56,698 nt of DNA from a virus (Duplodnaviria; Caudoviricetes), in IMG/VR virus record IMGVR_UViG_3300042698_000010, positions 1-56,698 of that record; one strand, 5' to 3'. Within the stretch, counting starts at the first letter, position 1. Every line of letters starts with the position of its first letter. Shown piece by piece: positions 7,765 through 16,492 of the stretch. The translations under genes and the position numbers were made by a program. The notes under the pieces were generated by a model that was not told where the DNA came from, did no database searches, and worked only from the letters and a program-made list of their open reading frames with translations.

Positions 7765-8708
7765 TGGCGCGGCGTATCGACACGGGCTGGCGTGACACGC
7801 TGCTCGGCACGCGGCACGCGAAGTGGGGCTTCCACGCACCGGCCGCCGGGATGAAGATGCCGATGATCGAGTACGACCGCGGCCGCGCCGTCGGCATCGT
7901 CTCGTACCTGCCGCTCGGGCTCGACCTTCCCAGCGGCCCGGACGTGAACTCGGCGTACAGCGCCTTCGGCGCGCTGCGGGACGCCAGCGGCATGGACCAG
8001 CTGCCGTTCCTCACGGCCCGCTACGACGTGCGGGACTGGTCGATGGAAGTCTTCCCCCACAACGACGCGGCGCAGCGCCTGATGAGCCTTGCAGGGTCCG
8101 CATGGGTGAAGATGGCAGAGGCCGACTTCGCCGCGCTGCTCTACCGCATGCGCGGGCGTGAGCTGCCGGACCTGTCGCCGTACTGCGTGACATGGAACAC
8201 GGAATGGCTGCGGATCTACGGCGGGGACCTTCCGCTGGCCGACGGCTTCGAGCGCTGGCCCGGTGAGCCCATGAGCGTGCGGCGGCGGAACTACGAGCCG
8301 AAGGTGTCCATCCCGTTCGGCCAGCGGGTGCCGTGCCTGGACATCGACTTCGCCGTGATTGACCGCGAGAGCCGCGTGGCTGCCCTGGTCGACTACAAGG
8401 CGGCCGGTGGGCGGCTGCCGGTGAACCTGGTCCACCCGAACCTGAAGGCGCTGGCCAGCCTCACGAGCGGTGGCCTGAGCAGCGGCACCAACGTGGCTGC
8501 CTTCGTCGCCGAGTACACGCCGGTGCGGCACAGCTGGGAACTGAGGGTTCACCCGATCAACAAGTCGGCCCGGCTGCTGCTTGCCTACGCGCTCGGCGCC
8601 GTCAACGCCAACGTCTCGGCCCTGGCTTCCACCGTCGCCGGTGGCGAGTGGATCGCACTGACCGAGGACGAGTGGACCGACGTGCTTCGCTGCGCACGCG
8701 ACACCTAG
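7764..8708 (+). CDS. Tandem-domain restriction-endonuclease-fold (PD-(D/E)XK-like) protein
   Basis: C-half PCLDIDFAVID...ALVDYK; N-half is a similar repeat (PAAGMKMPMIEYD...GIVSYL) without the acidic residues and Lys; TGATG coupling. Confidence 0.5.
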   Translation: MARRIDTGWRDTLLGTRHAKWGFHAPAAGMKMPMIEYDRGRAVGIVSYLPLGLDLPSGPDVNSAYSAFGALRDASGMDQLPFLTARYDVRDWSMEVFPHNDAAQRLMSLAGSAWVKMAEADFAALLYRMRGRELPDLSPYCVTWNTEWLRIYGGDLPLADGFERWPGEPMSVRRRNYEPKVSIPFGQRVPCLDIDFAVIDRESRVAALVDYKAAGGRLPVNLVHPNLKALASLTSGGLSSGTNVAAFVAEYTPVRHSWELRVHPINKSARLLLAYALGAVNANVSALASTVAGGEWIALTEDEWTDVLRCARDT

Positions 8709-8754
8709 CCCGACCTGCGGTAACAGCCCCGCTGGATTCCTTCCGGCGGGGCTG

Positions 8755-8783
8755 TTGCATTCCCTGGCGACTAGATGTAGTGT
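8755..8783 (+). promoter_or_regulatory. Promoter overlapping the terminator hairpin at 8722-8756
   Basis: TTGCAT-N17-TAGTGT. Confidence 0.6.
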
Positions 8784-8827
8784 TGTTCCTGTCAGCAGGA
8801 CGCAGCAGCAGCAGAGAAGAGGACCCC

Positions 8828-9166
8828 ATGAACGCCAGCGCACGCAAGGCCCGCCGCCTGATCAACGAGCGCCGTGACCTGGCGAAGGGCATCGAGCGCA
8901 AGCGCCTCATCTCGGCCCACGTGGCCCGCGCCACTGCCGACACCGCGGCACGCAAGACAGTGACCGCCGCGCTTCAGAAGGCGGCCAAGCCGCTGCGCGA
9001 GGCTGGCGACCTGGGCACCGTGAAGACCCGCGTCTGCGCTGTCGCCGACGGCGTCCGCGGGAAGACCCACCGCTACACCGCCCGCCAGGTGGCGAAGATC
9101 GCCGCCCAGTACAACCCGCGCAAGGCCGAGGGCAAGGCCGCGAAGGCCGCGCTGCTCGGCGCGTAA
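8828..9166 (+). CDS. Basic hypothetical protein
   Basis: RBS AGAGGA; K/R/A-rich. Confidence 0.7.
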   Translation: MNASARKARRLINERRDLAKGIERKRLISAHVARATADTAARKTVTAALQKAAKPLREAGDLGTVKTRVCAVADGVRGKTHRYTARQVAKIAAQYNPRKAEGKAAKAALLGA

Positions 9167-9257
9167 GGACCTGCGGGGCCCGGCGTTCAACCGGGGCCGG
9201 GCCCCTTCGCCAACCCGACTCGTGCCCGCTGGCACGGTTAAGCGAAAGGCCACCACC

Positions 9258-9581
9258 GTGACCGAAGCCGACAATCCCCGCACCACCTTCGAAGCGTTCG
9301 AATGGGTGGCCTTCGCTGCCTGTGGCCAGCTGGACGCGCCGCCGATGTTCCCCCACCCGACGGACGAAGTCGGCGTTGCGGCCGCCAAGGCGACCTGCGC
9401 CGTCTGCCCGGTCCAGCCCGAGTGCCTGGACCGGGCCATCGCCACTGGCGAGCAGCACGGCGTATGGGGCGGCATGACCGAGGAAGAGCGGCGCAACGCA
9501 CGGCGCCGTGAGTCTCGTGCCCGCAGCCGGAAGCCCGGCGCCATCGCCGTGACGATCGTGCCGCTCGGCGACCTTCTCTGA
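9258..9581 (+). CDS. whiB: WhiB-family Fe-S transcription factor
   Basis: AAC...AKATCAVCPVQPEC...GVWGG followed by a basic tail. Confidence 0.92.
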   Translation: MTEADNPRTTFEAFEWVAFAACGQLDAPPMFPHPTDEVGVAAAKATCAVCPVQPECLDRAIATGEQHGVWGGMTEEERRNARRRESRARSRKPGAIAVTIVPLGDLL

Positions 9582-9639
9582 TCCGCGGCGGCCCCCGCCC
9601 GATCTGGACGGGGGCCGCATCTGCCGCTAGGATGAAACC

Positions 9640-10212
9640 ATGAACAATATCAACGGGACCTACCGCAACCCACGGCACGACGAAATCGCCGACGCGATCC
9701 GCCAGGGCCTGAGCGACCCGGCCGTGGCCAAGCGTATCGGCGTCGCCCGCAAGACCGTGACCCGTGTCCGGAAGATCGAAGGCCTGCCCGCGTTCACCGT
9801 GGCGCGGACCGTGGCACAGATCTTCCTTGAGGACGCCCGCACAGAGGACGACGGGCACACCTACTGGGACGGCTGCCGGGATACCGGCGGTGCGCCTCAG
9901 ATCCGCTTTGAGGGGCGGTACCTGCGGGCTTCGCACGTGGCCTTCGAGACCTTCCACGGGCGGCCGCCGGTGGGCTACGTCAAGGCCGACTGTGACGTGC
10001 CGCACTGCCTCACCCCGAGCCACATCCTTGATGACCTCGGCCGCCGGAAGCTGTACATGCAGCTGCGCACCCTGGAAGGCCTGTACGGCCACTGGGACGC
10101 GTGCACGGCCTGCGGTGCCGACTGGGACACGTGGGGCCGCGTGCAGCCCAACCTTCAGATCTACTGCGGCGCGTGCAGCCTGCGGCGCAGCCGGGGCCAG
10201 GCGGCGGCATGA
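9640..10212 (+). CDS. HTH plus degenerate His-Me/HNH-like zinc domain protein
   Basis: N-terminal HTH LSDPAVAKRIGVARKTVTRVR; HTYWDG...ASHVAF...CDVPHCLTPSH; C-terminal CxxC...CxxC; leaderless after TAGGAT. Confidence 0.6.
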   Translation: MNNINGTYRNPRHDEIADAIRQGLSDPAVAKRIGVARKTVTRVRKIEGLPAFTVARTVAQIFLEDARTEDDGHTYWDGCRDTGGAPQIRFEGRYLRASHVAFETFHGRPPVGYVKADCDVPHCLTPSHILDDLGRRKLYMQLRTLEGLYGHWDACTACGADWDTWGRVQPNLQIYCGACSLRRSRGQAAA

Positions 10213-10484
10213 GCCACGTCATGAAGTACGGGCCTCGCCGTCCGGCCCCGGTGGCGAGCACCGAGCAGCTGGCCGAGGCGACGTGCCGCAGGCTGCGGCT
10301 GAACGGCGGGGATGCAGCATTCTTCGCCACGGTGTTCGGCTACGTCCGCGAGGAAGAGTTGGCGGGCCGTGACACCTACGCGCTGTGGTCTCAGTACCGC
10401 CGCGACAAGCACAGCGACCTGGCCACCGCGGCGTACCTGGAAGCCCTGGCATCGACACGGAAGATGGGACGGCCAGCACTGTGA
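10209..10484 (+). CDS. Hypothetical protein
   Basis: ATGA coupling with the upstream gene. Confidence 0.6.
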   Translation: MSHVMKYGPRRPAPVASTEQLAEATCRRLRLNGGDAAFFATVFGYVREEELAGRDTYALWSQYRRDKHSDLATAAYLEALASTRKMGRPAL

Positions 10485-10708
10485 AGACGCGAGCGAGGAC
10501 CATGACCGAGCGCGAGCGTCTCGTGATGCTGGACACCGCGCGCGGCCTTACGGCGCAGCAGATCGCCGACCACCGGGACCTGTCGCTGTTCGGCGTACAG
10601 CACACGCTGCGCCGCGTGAAGCTAGCGCTCGGCGCCGAGACGATCGCCCACGCTGTGGCCCTGAGCATTGCCCTGGGCTACATCACCCCCGAGGACGTGA
10701 CGGCATGA
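10481..10708 (+). CDS. LuxR-type HTH protein
   Basis: MTERERLVM...ARGLTAQQIA...VQHTLRRVKLALGA...AVALSIALGYI. Confidence 0.75.
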   Translation: MKTRARTMTERERLVMLDTARGLTAQQIADHRDLSLFGVQHTLRRVKLALGAETIAHAVALSIALGYITPEDVTA

Positions 10709-11445
10709 GCATGCGCTACTGCGACCGGTGCGACGGCTGCGCCGACGACTACTGCGGGGGCGGCTGCGGGTCGCCTCGCTGGTGCAACGCCGCTTACCAC
10801 GGCTTCGGCTGCGACGCCTGCCACAAGCCCGTGATGCGGCCCGCATGGGCCTTCCGTCCGGCCAAGTTGGTGCACTGCCACCTGAACCGCCACCACAGCG
10901 GCGACTGCTCACCTGGCAGCAAGGCCGTGCCGCAGCCCGAGCCGGTCAAGCAGCCCGAGCCCCCCGAAGGCGCCCCCGCGCCGGGTCACGTTCACGCTCT
11001 ACACCAACGAAGGGAACTGATCATGCAGCACATCCAGTACACCGACCGCGACTTCGTCGCCCACGCGGCCGAGGTGATGGCCGACCGGATCCTGGAAGAG
11101 GGCGGCTACACGCACGCGGACGAGCAGGCGTGCCGGAAGCTCGAAGCCATCGGCAAGGGCGGCACCGCGCTGGTGCTGACCGGGGCCGAGCTGGACCTGT
11201 CGCAGGCTTCCTCGCTCATGGGCAAGGTGATCCAGGCCGAGCTGGACCACTGGGTCCCCGGTTCCTCGCAGCGCCTGATCTGGCGTGCGGCGCAGGCCCT
11301 CGGCTTCACGGCACCCGCCGTCCTGAAGCACCCGTTCAACGACACCGACTGTGGCACCGAGCCGCGCTATCACTCGCTGACGCCGAGCTGGCTGGCCGGT
11401 CGCTACCTCATGTGCTGCTCGGTGTGCGGGCGGCTCTACAGCTGA
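10705..11445 (+). CDS. Hypothetical protein with a Cys-rich N-terminus; likely second start at 11023
   Basis: ATGA coupling; internal RBS AAGGGA plus ATG at 11023. Confidence 0.6.
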   Translation: MSMRYCDRCDGCADDYCGGGCGSPRWCNAAYHGFGCDACHKPVMRPAWAFRPAKLVHCHLNRHHSGDCSPGSKAVPQPEPVKQPEPPEGAPAPGHVHALHQRRELIMQHIQYTDRDFVAHAAEVMADRILEEGGYTHADEQACRKLEAIGKGGTALVLTGAELDLSQASSLMGKVIQAELDHWVPGSSQRLIWRAAQALGFTAPAVLKHPFNDTDCGTEPRYHSLTPSWLAGRYLMCCSVCGRLYS

Positions 11446-11475
11446 CCCTGGACAACCGCGGACAACCGTGGACAG

Positions 11476-11516
11476 CGAAGGGCCCCCACCGATCCGAACT
11501 CGGTGGGGGCCCTTCG
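11476..11516. terminator. Bidirectional terminator between the converging early and lysis transcripts
   Basis: CGAAGGGCCCCCACCGA / TCGGTGGGGGCCCTTCG hairpin. Confidence 0.75.
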
Positions 11517-11523
11517 GGTTGCG

Positions 11524-11799
11524 CTACTTCGTGATCAGGTACGTTGCGACGGCCGCGAGGGCACTCACAACGCCCGAAGCGGCAGCCACCGGGGCCAGTG
11601 GCCAGCGCCGCTCTTCCAGTGCGCCTACACGCCCTTCCAGGGCCGTGACGCGGTTGTTCACGGTGTCGATGTCCTTGACGGCGTTGGCCTGAGCCTGACT
11701 GATCAAGTTCAGCTTCCCGTCTAGGCGCTCGAATCCGGCAGCCATTTCCCCTCGAAGGGTAGCTAGGGCGGCTGCAACGTTCACTTCGTCGTCAGCCAT
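11524..11799 (-). CDS. Lysis-associated coiled-coil protein with a C-terminal TM helix
   Basis: Heptad region then WPLAPVAAASGVVSALAAVATYLI; follows the holin. Confidence 0.7.
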   Translation of the reverse strand: MADDEVNVAAALATLRGEMAAGFERLDGKLNLISQAQANAVKDIDTVNNRVTALEGRVGALEERRWPLAPVAAASGVVSALAAVATYLITK

Positions 11800-11832
11800 G
11801 ACAGCCCCCCACGGCTGCAACGACCGCCACGG

Positions 11833-12060
11833 CTACTCGCCCTGGTCGCGGGTGTCCACCGCGAGTGCGCTGTTGCGGTTGCCGAGCGCCTTGACGACGG
11901 CGCCGTACAGCACCACCAGGACGGACGGGAACGCGGCGACACCAGCGGCCTTGACGGCGGTCAGGTTCGTGATGTCGAACCCGGACGCCGTGAGCAGGCC
12001 CAGGAAGCTGGCCGCGTAGGTCAGCCCCGCCAGCTCAGCGAGCGACTTCAGGTACTTCAT
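11833..12060 (-). CDS. Holin (2 TM, r1t-like)
   Basis: 75 aa with two hydrophobic helices, directly after the endolysin. Confidence 0.7.
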   Translation of the reverse strand: MKYLKSLAELAGLTYAASFLGLLTASGFDITNLTAVKAAGVAAFPSVLVVLYGAVVKALGNRNSALAVDTRDQGE

Positions 12061-12119
12061 GATGTGATCCTCTCGGGACGGTTACCGCGCAGCCCCCGCG
12101 CCCGCCGTACGGCTTCGCC

Positions 12120-12968
12120 TCAGCTGGCGTTGCCGTGCACGTTGACGTCCACCGAGACGGCGTTGGCCGCCAGTGCCTCGGTGACGGCAGCCTTCACCTT
12201 CGCGGCCACCTCATCGGCGGACAGGCCGTGCTGCGCGGCCACCAGGCCGGACAGCGCGCTGATCGCAGCGAGCAGTGCGGCCAGGTCATTCTTGTTGCCC
12301 CACAGCATGGCGTTCAGCTGGCCGAACCAGGCGCGGACTTCCTCATCCATGATGAGCCCCTTCGGTGCATCGGCCGCGAACAGTTCGAAGATCGGGCCGG
12401 GGTCGGTGTGGTCGTTCTCGGGGATCTGGCTGTGCCCGTAGTGTCCGGGCACCGACTGCCAGGTCCCGCTGTTGCGGTTGCCGTTCCAGGTGGGCTGGCC
12501 CATGGGCCAGACGTCGGGCACACCCCAGCTGCGCAGCCAGGACATGATCCGGTCCAGGCCTGCGGCCGGCGTGTCCTTCAGCGTGGGGTAGACCTTCCCG
12601 CCGACGCGGCAGTACGGGAAGAACAGCCACTCGATCTGGATGTTCACCGTGCCGTGCCGGTTCGTCTCGACGCCGCCGCTGGCATTGATCAGGGCCCGAG
12701 CGGACCGGTCCGCCGGGATGAACTGCGCCACGCGGCCGGTGAACGGATCGGCCAGCAGATGCGGTGCGCTGCCCGCACCGGCGCCGCTGAAGTATCCGGC
12801 GAGGCTGTCGAACGGGATGAGGTCCAGTGGCGCAGCGGCGGTGCCGTTCTTGTCCCACGTGATGTGGTGGGTAGCGCGTGCGCCGCCTACGCCGTCCATG
12901 GTCCCGCCGTTGTTGGTCGGGCGCTGCTCGGCGCCCGGAAGCCAGATGGCTGGCATCGCGGTTGTCAC
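12120..12968 (-). CDS. Endolysin, N-acetylmuramoyl-L-alanine amidase (Amidase_2-like)
   Basis: HHITWD, PHLL, IQIE, GHYGHSQIPENDHTDPG Zn-amidase motifs. Confidence 0.85.
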   Translation of the reverse strand: MTTAMPAIWLPGAEQRPTNNGGTMDGVGGARATHHITWDKNGTAAAPLDLIPFDSLAGYFSGAGAGSAPHLLADPFTGRVAQFIPADRSARALINASGGVETNRHGTVNIQIEWLFFPYCRVGGKVYPTLKDTPAAGLDRIMSWLRSWGVPDVWPMGQPTWNGNRNSGTWQSVPGHYGHSQIPENDHTDPGPIFELFAADAPKGLIMDEEVRAWFGQLNAMLWGNKNDLAALLAAISALSGLVAAQHGLSADEVAAKVKAAVTEALAANAVSVDVNVHGNAS

Positions 12969-12974
12969 TTCCTC

Positions 12975-13781
12975 TCAGTTGGGGCAGAGCGTGCTGTCCG
13001 GCACGGGCACCGGCAGCGGGTTGGCGCCCGAGCGGACCACGCCGTCGGCCGAGAGCAGCGGGCCCATGCAGCGCCACCACACCCACGCCATGTACCGGTA
13101 GCCGGTGTCGCCGGGGTGGACGCCGTCCGGCAGCAGCCCGGACGGGACGGCAGCGCTCATGCGGGCCAGCGACACGCGGGGCCCGGCCGCCGAGACGATC
13201 TGGGGCAGCCGCTCGTTGAAGCGCTGCTGCGCCACGGACGCCACGTCGCTGTAGGTGCCGTACCAGTTCGGGATCAGGTCGCCGACCACTACCCGCACCG
13301 TCGGCGACGCCGAGGTGATCCGGCCGATCAGGTCGGCCATCCGGCTGGCCATGACGTCGGCATTGGCACCCTGGCGCGCGTCGTTCGTCCCCGCGTCCAG
13401 CAGGACAACGTCAGGCTGATACGCGGCCATCCACCCGTCGATCTGCTCGGACAGCTGGTCGATGCGCCAGCCCGAGTGGCCTTCGTGGTGGGGGTTGGAC
13501 TGCTGGCCGCTCGACTGTGAGCCGACCCATGTGGCGGTATAGATCTGCTGGACTTCGACCATGTAGCGGGCGACGTCCCATCGGTATCCGTCGCCGGTCG
13601 AGCTGCCGACACCGGCCGTGATGCTGTCGCCCAGCGGCATGACCCGCAGATGCTTCGACGTGTCGATCGGCGGCAGCGTCGACTCTGCGCCGGTGGCGGC
13701 CGGGCCCGGTATGAGCAGCGCTGCGGCGACCGAGGCGGCCAGGGCCGCACCGAGAACTGCCGGAAGGGTGGTGGTGCGCAA
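12975..13781 (-). CDS. Secreted SGNH/GDSL esterase
   Basis: Signal peptide; GDSIT, HEGHSG, GTND and DGVHP blocks. Confidence 0.88.
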   Translation of the reverse strand: MRTTTLPAVLGAALAASVAAALLIPGPAATGAESTLPPIDTSKHLRVMPLGDSITAGVGSSTGDGYRWDVARYMVEVQQIYTATWVGSQSSGQQSNPHHEGHSGWRIDQLSEQIDGWMAAYQPDVVLLDAGTNDARQGANADVMASRMADLIGRITSASPTVRVVVGDLIPNWYGTYSDVASVAQQRFNERLPQIVSAAGPRVSLARMSAAVPSGLLPDGVHPGDTGYRYMAWVWWRCMGPLLSADGVVRSGANPLPVPVPDSTLCPN

Positions 13782-13789
13782 GGGTGGTC

Positions 13790-14161
13790 CTAGTCGTTGG
13801 TGGTGAAGGCCTGAGTGCGCAGCGACAGCCAGGTCAGAGAGTGCTGGTCCGGGCGGCCGGTGGGCCGGTTGCCGAGGTACTTCTGAAGCCCTGCCAGGCT
13901 GTCACGGAAGGTGTCGCCAGGCTGCTGGAAACCGCACTGATCGAGAGCCGACCAGACGATCATCTCGGCGTCCGCGTCCCGCTCGACCAGATCGAGAAGG
14001 CGGACGTGAGGCTTCGTCGGCACCGCGGGCTGCTGAAGCGCCTTCCGCACGGCCGAGGCGGCCGAGCGCTTCCCGGCCGTCCCCTTCGGGTGCGCCTCGG
14101 GCGCCAGGTCGCCGAACTCGGCCGGGCCGTCCTCGGCCGCGGGCACGTCAATGTCTGTCAC
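13790..14161 (-). CDS. Hypothetical protein with a possible peptidoglycan-binding-like C-terminus
   Basis: LAGLQKYLGNRPTGRPDQHSLTWL resembles PG-binding repeats. Confidence 0.45.
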   Translation of the reverse strand: MTDIDVPAAEDGPAEFGDLAPEAHPKGTAGKRSAASAVRKALQQPAVPTKPHVRLLDLVERDADAEMIVWSALDQCGFQQPGDTFRDSLAGLQKYLGNRPTGRPDQHSLTWLSLRTQAFTTND

Positions 14162-14188
14162 GGTGTTACCCCTTCCGGTCCGTAAAGT

Positions 14189-14458
14189 CTACTGGGCCGC
14201 GGGGGCTGCCCCGGCCCGCTGCGCCGCCAGGTAGAAGGCCAGTGCCTCGTTGACAAGAGCAGCCTGCTGGGCTGCCTGCTCGGCCTCTGCCGTCCGGGCT
14301 GCGTGCTCGCGCTCTTCCTCGGCCTTGACGTAGTCGAAGTAGTCCTTCGGGTCGATCAGTTCGCAGCCCTCGGGCAGCTCGGGCGCCGGGGTGCCCGAGT
14401 GCTCTACCAGCGCGCCGCCGGTGGTGCGGTAGTAGATCGTTCCGGGGGTGATGTCCAT
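14189..14458 (-). CDS. Hypothetical virion-region protein
   Basis: RBS GGAAGG; operon context. Confidence 0.7.
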   Translation of the reverse strand: MDITPGTIYYRTTGGALVEHSGTPAPELPEGCELIDPKDYFDYVKAEEEREHAARTAEAEQAAQQAALVNEALAFYLAAQRAGAAPAAQ

Positions 14459-14468
14459 GGCAGCCTTC

Positions 14469-15314
14469 CTACAGGGTGAACATGCGGACGCGGAACGCCA
14501 TCACGAACTGGCTGATCAGCGAGGACGCGGCACCCGCACCGGCCATCGGCTGCATGGACAGCAGGATGGACGCGCCGGGGGCGAGGCTCGCCGATTCCTG
14601 GACGGTGCGGCTGACGTACGAGTGGATGCCCGTCATCGTGGTGGCCGCACCGGTGTTCATCATGCGGTAGACCTCAAGCCCGTCGACCCCGATTGAAGCG
14701 GCGCCGCCAGCAGGCATGGTCAGCTTGGCATCGAACTCACGGTCAGAGACCACCATCACGGACCGGAAGCTGTTCGGGTTGGTGACCGAGAACGTGAACG
14801 GCGAATCGATGTTGGCCAGTGCCGCCGTAGGGACGGCCAGGGCCGGGGCCGTGAAGTTGCGCGTCACGGTCGACTCGAAGTAGTAGGTCGGCCAGTCGGG
14901 CGAGGCGCGAAGCAGGCCCGTGCTGTCGACGTAGACGCCCGAGCCGCCCAGGTCCGCGGTGGACGGGAACGGCCACGCCGAGACGTTGGCCCGCACCGTG
15001 TTGCCCACCGAGCCGTTGCCCAGGATGCCGGGGCCCGTCGTGACGGTGTTGTTGTTGGGCGAGATGTACAGCCCACCGTCGACACCGAAGGTGACGCCGT
15101 TGCCCGCGGTGGTCGACAGCTTCGCCGCGATGACGCCGGTGCCCGAGGTGTACGTGATGCCGTTGCCAGCCGAGACGCACAGGCGGGCTTCCGCGCAGCT
15201 GGTGTGCGCAGCGACCTGGTAGGGGCTGGCGGGCGTGCCGGACCCCGTGACAACGGTGTTCGTCCCGCTGACCAGGACGCCCCCGCTCGTGGAACCGCAA
15301 CCGCAGCGTGCCAT
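14469..15314 (-). CDS. Minor tail / receptor-binding protein
   Basis: MARCGC start, VTGSGTPASPYQV motif, T/G/S-rich beta content. Confidence 0.7.
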   Translation of the reverse strand: MARCGCGSTSGGVLVSGTNTVVTGSGTPASPYQVAAHTSCAEARLCVSAGNGITYTSGTGVIAAKLSTTAGNGVTFGVDGGLYISPNNNTVTTGPGILGNGSVGNTVRANVSAWPFPSTADLGGSGVYVDSTGLLRASPDWPTYYFESTVTRNFTAPALAVPTAALANIDSPFTFSVTNPNSFRSVMVVSDREFDAKLTMPAGGAASIGVDGLEVYRMMNTGAATTMTGIHSYVSRTVQESASLAPGASILLSMQPMAGAGAASSLISQFVMAFRVRMFTL

Positions 15315-15328
15315 GTGTCAACCCCCGA

Positions 15329-16063
15329 TCAGAAGTAGAGCTCAAGGAAGACGGCACCGGTCGCACCCGCGCCGCCGTTGGTGGCCGCGCCGCCGTTGAC
15401 CGTCTGGTTGCCGGATCCGCCGCCGCCGTACGCCTTGCCTGCCGTGCTGAGGGACGAGCCACCGGCGCCGTAGCCGCCGCCCGCGTCGCCGCCGGGGCCA
15501 CCGGCCGCCACCGAGTTCGACACCGCAACGCCGTTCATCGACGCGCCGCCGGGAACGGTGATGTTGCCCGTGCCCGCGGTACCGCCGAGAACGCCGAAGC
15601 TGGTGGCCGCACCGGTGGCCGCGTTGGTGACACCGACGCTGCCGCCCGCGCCGCCGTTGGCGATCACGATGCCGCCGAAGTTGGACGCGGTTCCGGCCGT
15701 ACCGGCATTCGCACCGACGCCACCGGCGCCGCCCGCGCCGACGGTGATCGCCGTGACGGCGCCGAGCGAGGACGCCGCGAGGACCGATTCGCTGTAGCCG
15801 CCGCCGCCACCGCCGGACGAGACAGCCGAGCCGGTACCCGACGGACCGGCCGGGGTACCGCCACCGCCGCCACCGCCGCCGATCACCCGGACGCGGACGC
15901 GGACCAGGCCGGGGAAGGACGCCTTCGTGAAGCTGGCTGCACCGGCCGTGGTGAAGGCGACGATCTGGCGAAGGCCGATGTTCTCGGGCTTCAGCGTCAG
16001 CTCACCGGCGCCGGTGATGTCGAAGTAGTTCGGGTCCACACACACGCGGGCCAAGGTGACCAC
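15329..16063 (-). CDS. Glycine-rich minor tail protein
   Basis: GGGGGGG and GAGGAGG repeats typical of tail-fibre Gly-rich domains. Confidence 0.75.
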   Translation of the reverse strand: MVTLARVCVDPNYFDITGAGELTLKPENIGLRQIVAFTTAGAASFTKASFPGLVRVRVRVIGGGGGGGGTPAGPSGTGSAVSSGGGGGGYSESVLAASSLGAVTAITVGAGGAGGVGANAGTAGTASNFGGIVIANGGAGGSVGVTNAATGAATSFGVLGGTAGTGNITVPGGASMNGVAVSNSVAAGGPGGDAGGGYGAGGSSLSTAGKAYGGGGSGNQTVNGGAATNGGAGATGAVFLELYF

Positions 16064-16108
16064 CTTCTGTCTCTCGGGGTGCCCGGCCCGCAGAGGGCCG
16101 AGCCCAGT

Positions 16109-16492
16109 CTAACGGGGGTGGACCACCACGTGGACGGGCGTCCCGGTCGGCACGGCGTTGCCGTCGAAATCCCAGACCCGCAACGCGACGGCGGCATACG
16201 TCGCCCATGCAACGGCGACCATCGCGGGCAGATCGGACACCGCAACGGCTGCAACGACGGGCGTCGCATCCAGCGTTGCGGGGAAGACGAAGTGGGCCAG
16301 CCCGCTGGCGTTGGTCTCGACCACCGCAACGAACGGGCCCGGCTGCGCCGCAGCGGGTGCAACGGCTTCGGCCTCTTCGACCGGCCGCGTGACGCGCCGC
16401 GTTGCAGCCCGAGCCTGGCGTTGCGTCGCACGCATCACCCCGCCGAGCGCGTTGCCCGGCAGGCTGCGCGCCGCGCTGGTCCGTCGTCCCAT
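16109..16492 (-). CDS. Small minor tail protein
   Basis: TGATG coupling; beta-rich C-terminus; carries a GCAACG motif cluster. Confidence 0.6.
   Translation of the reverse strand: MGRRTSAARSLPGNALGGVMRATQRQARAATRRVTRPVEEAEAVAPAAAQPGPFVAVVETNASGLAHFVFPATLDATPVVAAVAVSDLPAMVAVAWATYAAVALRVWDFDGNAVPTGTPVHVVVHPR

Noticed and set aside
14469-16063. Diversity-generating retroelement or invertible tail-fibre system
   Set aside because: No reverse transcriptase, invertase or TR/VR repeat pair found
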